Assembly: GCA_963693365.1 (NCBI GenBank)
Contig: CAVNZM010000001.1
Coordinates: forward strand, 20,344,125 to 20,408,124
Source of the DNA: Amoebidium appalachense
Lineage: Eukaryota; Protista; Ichthyosporea
Reading direction: 5' to 3'
Length of the DNA stretch: 64,000 nt
Positions 54,993 to 64,000 of the stretch are shown one piece after another (within the stretch, counting starts at the first letter, position 1; each line of letters begins with the position of its first letter). The position numbers and the translations under genes were made by a program. The notes beneath the pieces were generated by a model. It ran no database searches. It saw only the letters and a list, made by a program, of their open reading frames with translations, and was not told the DNA's origin.

Positions 54993-55048
<56 letters not shown>

Positions 55049-55811
55049 AAAAACGGAGGAGGGAGGGGGGGGGGGGGGGGGGGGAGGGGGGGAAGCAAGA
55101 GAGAGGAGTTCGGGGGTCTCTATCTGTGTGTACAGTATGTGTGGTGTGTGTCTGTGTGTGTGCGCGCGTGTGTTGGGAGGGAGGAGGGGGGGATAGAGAG
55201 AGCGTGTGTGTGTGTGTGGTCACATGGTACTTACTGCAAAGGGATCGTTACTACTACTCCCTGGTGCGACCACCTCACGTGGCACCAGGTACACATGCAT
55301 GGTTACCGTGATCTGAAGGGTTTGTATTTCATGGCTCTCTCCCCTTTGCGTTACCTTTCTGCACACCTACTCACACCTTTTTAGCACCCACCTTTGGAAT
55401 TCGACTACTACCACACTCAGTCTTAATTTATAAACACACCTCGTCGATAGTAGCACTTCTCTTATCCTCGGTGATTTGTGCTGCAGGTCAAGCCAGTTTG
55501 GCCGGACAGAACGACTTTGTGCGGACCGAGCTGAATCCTTCAGAGGAGTACAAATCGGTAAATGCTGCAGCTGTGTTAATCAACTCCGCGCATATTTCTA
55601 GTTATTAGCAAAGACACCCAGGCGCAAGAAGCTCAAACAGGGCCAAGGTTATCGTGCGTCACGTCGTGTGAGTAGTAATAGATCTCTGCTATGGTGACTC
55701 TTGCCAAAGATGCGTACTTTTATTTGCCGGTGCTCCGTGGCGTAGTTCTCTGTGATTTATGGGTAGGTGACGACGATTGGGCAAGTCGGAAGAGTGTGAG
55801 ATAAGGACCTT

Positions 55812-55853
<42 letters not shown>

Positions 55854-56606
55854 AAGACTGCTGTGGTCTTTTGTGGGCCTCAATGCCCTGCCAGTGTACT
55901 CCATGATGTGTGCTGACCCATCATCTTTTTGCTGGGACGCAGTTGGTGCTTGCCGGCCTTAAACCTGACGTCATCAACGACATTGCCAGCCGCGCCCTTG
56001 CCTTCTACGTGTTCCAGGTAGGCAGTGTGTTTGTGCAGTTGGAGGGAAATGATTGAAAACTGGTGCTGTGTCTTTGACAGCATGAGCGGGAGATGCATGC
56101 ATGGCACGTGTTACCTTGCGTAAAAAACATCTAGCAGCACAACAATGTTACATGTGCAGATAGGCACTCTTGGTAGTGGGAACCCAGGGAATACAGACTG
56201 AACTTCATGTGTTGTGTGCACAGGTGCAGGTGGACCGTATGTTCCAGCAGCAGATGGTTCAGCGGTGGGTCCAGCAGGCGCAGGAAAGCATGCGCACCCT
56301 CCAGACCAGCAATAGCACCCTCACCGGCGAGCTGCAAGGTACGCGTGCGCATGAGCATCGCACAAGGTGCACAGGCTTGCAACACCTGCTATGCTAGAAT
56401 GCACGTGGCACACATTCCATGCGCACCGTAGGTTACCTGCACTGCACATGCACGCACACACACCAATACTCGGAGCGACCTTATCCTCCCTCCCCCCCCC
56501 CCCCCCCCCCCCCCCCCCTTCCCCTCTCTCTCTTTTCCCCCCCCACTCCCCTCCCCCTCCCCTCCCCCCCTCTCCACCCCCCCCTCCCCCCCTCTCCACC
56601 CCCCCA

Positions 56607-56651
<45 letters not shown>

Positions 56652-58478
56652 AACAAAATAAAGAGAAAGACATTCAACGAATGAATGAATGAAAGAAAGA
56701 CTAAAAAAGAACACATGCACACACATGCACACACAGCCTGACACGTGCGCATGCACACAAACACACACACACACACACACAGAAAAAAGAAAAGAAAAAA
56801 AAAAGAGAGAGAGAAAAAAAGAAAAAGAAAAAGAAAAAAATTGAATGCCACAGCCACGTGACAGCCATGCGCAAAAACACCCGACATCTGCTGACCACCC
56901 TATGCCCTCCTCCGTCCCCCCCCCCCCCCCCCCCCCCCCTCCCCCCCCCCCCCCTCCCCCCCCCCCCTCCCCCCTCCTCCTTTGGGCTGTAATTTGCATT
57001 CTCTACGGGCAACGATTGAACACACACGTACATTTCAAACCCTACTGTCACACCGGGATATCGCATCAACGTTACTGGACACCTTGGATTACTGCAAAAT
57101 AGCCGCACAAGCCAAGACTCAAGGTGAGGCACACACTCAATATATTGATAATCGATAATGTTCATATATGGGTCTCATAGGCAATTGCAGAACTAATTTG
57201 GAGCAGGTTGGTGCCTACCACAGCCTGTTGTGTGCACGACTTTCATCTTCCTTTGTTGCATCGGTTATAGCAGATCTTGCCCGTTAACCCTAAACCCTTA
57301 ACTTTTTCACGGTGCGCTACGCCTAAATTGCACATGGGGGGCCCTGGGGCATACTCGTTACCATGTGAATATTGGCATTGGGGGAGCTACTAATCGCCAC
57401 GTGTATATTGCACACGTGGGGATACTCATACGTGTATATTACACATGCTAGTTACTCATACGTGTACATTGCAAATGGGGGAGATACTCATACGTGTACA
57501 TGCACATGGGGGGGATCATCGCGGCTCATAATCTACATGCACAGTGGGGGGGGGGGGGGGGGGGGGGGGGGGGGATACTCATACGTGTGCATGCATATGG
57601 GGGGATACTCATCACGTGACGTGATGGCATGCACATGGAAGGGGGGGGGGGGGGGGGGGGGGGGGGGATATTCATACGTGTGCATGCACACTGGGGGGAT
57701 ACTCATCACGTGGCGTGATGGCATGCACATGGGGGGGGGGGGGGGGGGGGGGGGATACTCATACGTGGGCATGCACATGGGGGGACATTCACACGTGTAC
57801 CAGCACTGCAGAAGGACGTGGAGAGTCTACGGCAGCGGGCCAGTGCCAACCAGGACCGACTGGCCGAGAAGACCGTGCAGCTGCAGAACCTCCAGGCACG
57901 CTGCTGGCCCCACCCTTAACCCCCCACACCTTGCCCCCCTCGCAATCCCTACCGTCCCAGTTTAACTCACTAACTATTCCCGGGGTCCCACTCCCTCACC
58001 CAGATCTAATTATTATTATGATCGTAGATAGCGCCCCCCCTCCCCCCCCCTCCCCTCCCCACCCCCCGCCAACCACTTTCCCCCTCCCTAATCATGGTCA
58101 AACAGCATGCTGCTATGTATAAAAGAGAAAACACGGCCCTGTAGGACTCTGAGATGGCAGAGCTTTAGGAAATTATTCCTCTATTATATAGTAAGGTCTT
58201 GATACACCGTGCAATACACTCCATCCGCACAAACTGAATTTCGATCTCCGTCTTTGCCACGGTTCCAACGCTGCCCCGTGCTCACTGTCCCTCTGCAGAG
58301 CCTGTACGACAACCTCAAGCGGCAGACCCTGGGCACCATGAAGATGGCGAACCTGCCGAACATTGGCGACGGCATAGTCGGGGCAGGCCCTCAAATCCCC
58401 TCGGCTCTCCAGATGCCCGGTATGCCCACAGCCCACGGTATGGTGCATCCCGACACCATACAGCTACACCATACACCA

Positions 58479-58513
<35 letters not shown>

Positions 58514-58632
58514 ACACCACTACCATTTTCATGATCATGACTTTGTTTTTGTTGGTCTAAGATATAGGGTGGGTGGGAGTTTAGGGAGATGACGGTTCAA
58601 CTTATCTTTTAGGTGGCTGCAGCGAAGGGGGT

Positions 58633-58670
<38 letters not shown>

Positions 58671-60053
58671 AGGGGGGGGGGGGGGGGGGGGGCCCCCGGT
58701 GGGGGCTGGGCCAAGGGGGGGGCTGCTCCTCACGTACCTACCATACCTGTTGTTTCCTGACTAGTAGGACTTCGGTGCAACATTTGAGCCTTTAGCCTGT
58801 CCGCTTACACACTGAGCCTTACAAATGTTTATCTGCTCCTACCAAAGCTCTGATTCTAAAACTTCTACCCTGCAGACATGACGGCAGGCTTCCAGCTGCC
58901 TCCTATTCCAAGCCCATCCCTATCGGTTCCCAGAACCAACATGCAGAGCATGAAACCCTTCGGCCATCATGCACCCAACCCAGGTGAAGAATCTGCATCC
59001 CAATTTGTGCCTGTGCACCACTGATCTGCCATAATGATTGCATCATTTTGAAACAGGCGAGAAGCCTTAGAGCACTCGTCAGAATATCCTGATAAACGAT
59101 GTGCATTTGCCTATTGCCTTATGGAAAATCCCGGACCAACACTTACAGATCACTCAGGCGCGCCATCATTGCTTCGTAATCCGATAAAGCTTCCTCCCCC
59201 CCCCCCCCCTCCCCCCCCCCCCCCCGGCCCCTGCCCCCTGCCCCCCCCCCCCCCCCCCCCCCCTCCCCTCCCCCCCCCCCCGCCCCTACATCTGTGTACC
59301 ATGACGTACTGACTGTTGCTTGCGCCAGCACATGCAGCACCCGTGCATGCAGGTGCCTGCCAGCCCAGTCCCCGGCACACCCTGGAGGGCAGCTCGATGC
59401 ACGCGGGGTTCTCGGCCCAGCGGGGGTTCCAGCCTATGGATCGGGGAGTTGAGTCTGCCGGTGCCGTGCGGCGCACTCCCGGCCGCAGCACGCCAGGGCA
59501 CGGGTCCAACGCCATGTTGGTCGACCCCCCTGTGGCCACGGCCACGGTAGCCCCAGGCACGTGCAGACTCCCCTAGGCAACCACCCCTGTGCAGTGTCCA
59601 TGCTGTATGTCCGTGCGTGCACGGCAATGATTATGTGTGTGCTGCTGCAATGGAACAGTCGGACCACGTGACCTGCACAAAATTGTAGCAGGCAGAAGAC
59701 CGGGGTGGGCCAGCACTGGGAGCAGTTAGTGGCAGGCAACTTCCTATAGCCACGTAGGTGGCTAATATTAGTGCTGGCGGCTAGTCACTATGATCCTTGG
59801 TTTCCCTTAAACACCACAGGCATAGGTACAACTTAAACAGCGCCGCTGGTTATATTTGTTGGTATGGCCTATATTGCGGGGATCCTATTGAGAACCCTCC
59901 CGCGGCTAACACACGGTTCGTGCATTTGCAGCCACAGAACAACCTCGAGGGCCTCCTCGACGGCCACCCAAAACCCCGACCATGAGTTTCAGCCAAATAA
60001 TGCAACAGAAGAGAATCACAGCAGCAAGCAGCAGGGGCAATGGCACGGTGTGA
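53740..60053 (+). CDS. HEI10: HEI10/CCNB1IP1 meiotic RING E3 ligase
   Basis: Exons 53740-53805, 54431-54506, 55487-55557, 55943-56017, 56224-56338, 57804-57895, 58299-58419, 58876-58983, 59353-59556 and 59932-60053 (last two less sure; alternative stop at 59576). Protein MQSDLLHCNKMDCRKDLSDYAWVTSCSHIFC...CPLC...VRTELNPSEEYKSLVLAGLKPDVINDIASRALAFYVFQ...LQSLYDNLK closely follows animal CCNB1IP1. Confidence 0.9.
57410..57803 (+). repeat. Intronic minisatellite, unit about GGGGGATACTCATACGTGTGCATGCACAT
   Basis: Degenerate tandem copies running up to the acceptor at 57803. Confidence 0.8.
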
Positions 60054-60675
60054 GTCGACGCAACACCCACAGGATAGAGCTTGTAGGGTTTATTGGACCC
60101 GCAACAATAAGTTAACAATAGGCCTTCGGTATAGTCGCAAAAGTTTAGACATACAAAATTGTCAAACGACAGTACAAGGGTTCGCAACACCAGTGTATCA
60201 TTAGTCACTTTGAACTGCGGCCCGGCTCAACATACTATGCCGCTGTCCCGCGGCGTAGTAGTGATCAGCCACTTACGTAAGCCAGTGGGTACATAGCCTT
60301 GGAGACTAGTGTATCATCATAGCCATCAAAAGATTAATAGAGCACAAAGTCCCCACAACTGTAGTATTTCAGTGGAATTATTCTAGTCCAAACAACTGTT
60401 GCATTTTTGGGACTATACTATTCATCAACAAATTACCATAGTCAGGTGATCAACAAAATTATTAAATATATGGCAACGGGACCCAACAGTAAATATTAGG
60501 TTTGTACAACCACCAACGAGTAACGACTTAGTTAATAAAGTTTATACAGTTCAGCTCATTGACAAAGAGGAGCAAACAGCTTTGCTCGTCCCCATTCATT
60601 ATGCCAAAACACATCTACAATACCTCTTTCTTTCGTGTATCCCACCACCCTACGCGCATACGACAAGAGCAGGTC

Positions 60676-61224
60676 TCACCACGGTCTCCACAGCTTGTCC
60701 TCCGTAGCCGACTGTGTGTTCTCTATGGGTGTAGCCCCCCCCACCCTCTTAGTAACGGGGCTGACGGGCAGGGACCGTGCGTGCTGCTGTGGGGCGCTGC
60801 AGGCCAGCGAGTCTATTGCGTCCTGCATGGCCTCCAGCTCGTGCAGCAGGCTGGCCTTCACCGGCCCGGGCCCCTCTTGCCCAGCCACCTGCACAGGCAG
60901 GGGCGCACAGTCGAGTTCGTCCTGCAGGGTGTCGAAAAATTGTGCCGCACTTGCTTGCGTCATGGGTGTGGCCGGGGGTGTCCACTCGTACGCAACCTCG
61001 GAATAGCGCCGTGTCCTCTCTGCGTGCGGGGGCTGCACGTATACACTAGCCACAGACAAGCGAGGAACGGCACGCGGCGAGCGCTCACGCTCAGAGCCAA
61101 AGCTGTAAGGGGCTGACGATTGCCGTGAAAACGGCTGGAGTTTTGCAACCCCCGCAGGCCCCTGCGGTAGAACCCGCATGGGTCCCGCTGAAAAGCTGCC
61201 GCGGTGTACGTGCACGTACGACAT
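60676..61224 (-). CDS. Hypothetical Pro/Ser-rich protein, about 182 aa, intronless
   Basis: GC-rich ORF from ATG 61224 within AT-rich unique flanks; no domain recognised. Confidence 0.5.
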   Translation of the reverse strand: MSYVHVHRGSFSAGPMRVLPQGPAGVAKLQPFSRQSSAPYSFGSERERSPRAVPRLSVASVYVQPPHAERTRRYSEVAYEWTPPATPMTQASAAQFFDTLQDELDCAPLPVQVAGQEGPGPVKASLLHELEAMQDAIDSLACSAPQQHARSLPVSPVTKRVGGATPIENTQSATEDKLWRPW

Positions 61225-63214
61225 ACTGTAGCAGTGGCAGGGTAGCAAGCGTGTATTGGTGTTGAAATAATGCACTACTTGGAACAAGTTCTCTTCTCGA
61301 CCATAGGACTCCCAAAGGCCCCAGCATGCGTGCTACGCAGAACGTTATGTTACGGGTCCGCACTGAATATTTCAGTTCTGCTCCTTATAATTCCACGTTG
61401 TAATTTTTTTCCCAGTATGCACTCCTTTCCGTGCAACCAGTGGCAGTGATGCTGGCAGCCGACCAAGGTTTCACAGAGGCAAACAGGACAAAAAACACAG
61501 ATAACCAAGGCCGGCCTCCCTATGTATGGGAGCCAGACGTTGTTGGTTTCGCAGATGGACCAATCCTAAGAGGCAAAGGCATCCCCCTTGATGGGCGGAC
61601 TTAGTAGATGATGTTCGTGCAGTTTTGGAAAGAGAATTCTTTTTCTGGGGCAATATTGAAGGATTTTCGATGCAAATAGTGTGGCGTGGGCCTAATTAAT
61701 ACTCAAATGCTTAAAATTTAAAATAATAAGTTTAATTTTTAAACCAGGCGAATATTAGTCTTAGAGCGACAAGGATGATCGAAGTATGCAATCGCAAAAC
61801 AATTTATTCCGAAAATATTGCAAAAATATAGAACCCCAAAGATAAGGGCCAACAAATCCATATGCAGTTTAACAGCCTTTGTCAGTCAATGACTTACAAC
61901 CACGCAATAAATAGATTAGCCAGGAAGCCACCAAAATATAATCCTAGCAATTTTTTTTTTAAAAAGATATCTTCTGCCAGGGAATAGAGCCTTGAGTCAT
62001 GGGTGATAGACTTAGTGGCAGTTCAGCTTTCATAACGGACCAATCAAGCAAACGTATCAAAGATACAATATGCGGATAAAGAATTACAGCCAAAACGATT
62101 TTAATTACAGTCTGCTTTGATTGGTTTATTTGCTTTACGGCTGTAGCATACCAATGTTATCTCTCGTGTATAACAGATTAGCGAAATATGATTGGCCATC
62201 TATCATGCTATTAAAAGACGATGCTCAAAAATGCGACAGGATCTGAGCTTTGGGAACTGGGTCTTGCTTTTTTGAAGATTTTTTCGGTGCTGTGGTTCTA
62301 TTTGCCCACAGCAGCCAGCTCCTTCTCCTTACGAGATTTTTTTTTTTCCCTAAGGAAAAAAAAAATCAACAATTTTTTGTTCTGTTTGAATCCTTACCAA
62401 CATTATACATACTGTACAACATCTCTCAGGCTGATCTATCATCGAATGGATCTATAACCATGATCTATACAAGCGGGCACCTTCTTTTATCCAATTCCAA
62501 ATCATGGTTTGGTCTCCCACAACAGTAACGATTGGTAAGATCTCATACCATCGGGTTACCGAGCCATCTGCACAATGCACCCACCTTCCATTTTGGGCTT
62601 TCCCGCAGCCGGCGCCGGGCCGCCGGCTGACAGCTGTACACTGATTCAGCTGTGAGTTCGAGGCTGGCCCTGCAATCGGAAATTTATATATCCTAGCCCC
62701 TTAAAATTTCTCACTTGAAAATATGTGTTTTGCTTGCTATTTTTTTTCTTGCTACGATTGGATTTATTTGCTACCATCTATCACACATGAGTTATGCAAG
62801 GCGGGCTATTGGTAAGATCAGGCTTAGGGCCAGAAAATTGTCCCTGAAAGTCCGATAATCGTCCCTAACTTTTCGAGGCTAAGTCCATCAAGTTCTGAAA
62901 TATTGGCCCTAGAAGAGCTAAATATACTAGAAAAATGGCAACTAGAAAAGGTTTTTGGCTCTATTAGGGCCATCCAGGCTGGTGGAAAGCTGCCAAACTG
63001 GCACTAGCCAAAAACAATTTCACACCCTGATGGAGATCTTGGCCAGATCTCTGCATGATATGAAATCTAATTATAACTCCTGACAGATACCAGTGGCTTA
63101 CCTGGCCAGGCCGTGCTGAGGGCCGTGCAGGCAGCCGCGTCACCCTTTTTTTTTCTTTTCGTTTGCACGGAATCAAGCGCCACCTTATACCTACCACCTA
63201 CTGAGGCGGTGTGT

Positions 63215-63251
<37 letters not shown>

Positions 63252-64000
63252 AAAAAGGGCCGCCTGAAGTAGATGTATAACGCCGCACGTGTGGCAACAC
63301 GTCAGTACGTGTTAGACCTTATAATTATACACACGAGCAACGTTAGGAAGGAGCCATGGGAAAAGGCAATAAACAGTTTCTGCACATTGAACGAGGAGGT
63401 TTCATTGCACCTGCTTGTTATAACTGTGCGAAACAATTATACTCAAAGTTGCTTGGGCCACATCATGCTGGCATTGCTGTGTAGGGTGTCGTTGAGCTGC
63501 GCGCCGGCGAACCACTATGGTGAAATACAGTGATGATATACTAGCTCCCGTATTGCACGCCCCACACTGACGTTACGTCTCATGGCATTCCACTCACGTG
63601 AGCATAGCATTACGAACACGGTTTTCAACAGACCACGAACACACTTCGCCTGGACAGAGCACTCACCCAAGCAAACAAAATCCAAGCAAACAAAAACGCT
63701 TGGGAACGTGCAAGCATTTCGCTGAACTTCACAAGAAGAAACCTTTAACAATACTGAAACAAACATGGTATCATGCACACGCAGACAGGAGCACCAGGAC
63801 GGCACCGTATTCATGCCCACCCATACACACATACCGTTGCACACACATCCCCACTCACAGAGACACACACACAGTTAGACTCACAAAAACTCACTGTAAC
63901 AGAGCACCCGCTAGTAATAGCACACACGCAGAAAGAAGAAGGGGAGAGAGAGGGGGAGGGGGGGAGAGAGGAGTGAGAGAGAAAGTGAGTGAGGGAGTGA

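Overview
Eukaryotic genomic DNA with long GT-AG introns packed with poly-G/poly-C tracts and (CA)n/(CT)n microsatellites; most short ORFs in the track are artefacts of these repeats. The gene content (an animal-like HEI10 plus a fungal-type ERT1/AcuK-like PAS protein) tentatively suggests a unicellular opisthokont host. The main object is a 10,089-bp integrated element at 2136-12224 with apparently identical 234-bp terminal inverted repeats (ACACAC...GTGTGT) and a 4-bp target-site duplication (ACGG). It encodes a Polinton-type protein-primed DNA polymerase B (vOTU-like N-terminus, Vsr-like insertion) and a retroviral-like integrase. I find no capsid, penton, packaging ATPase or maturation protease. 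Instead it carries what look like giant-virus (Nucleocytoviricota) genes: an ERV1/ALR thiol oxidase, a poxvirus A11/DUF5767-like protein and a DUF5760-like protein, plus one orphan. The polymerase gene is interrupted by a 605-bp solo-LTR-like insert (5-bp TSD; removing it restores the frame) and by one further frameshift. Host genes reconstructed by eye: 5' exons of a CRT-like transporter, a PH-domain protein, an ERT1/AcuK-like PAS protein (at least 8 exons), an ICL/PEP-mutase family lyase (6 exons), HEI10 (about 10 exons) and two intronless hypotheticals. hAT-like, LINE-like and other repeat relics are also present. All family assignments come from motif recognition by eye and need HMM or structure confirmation.
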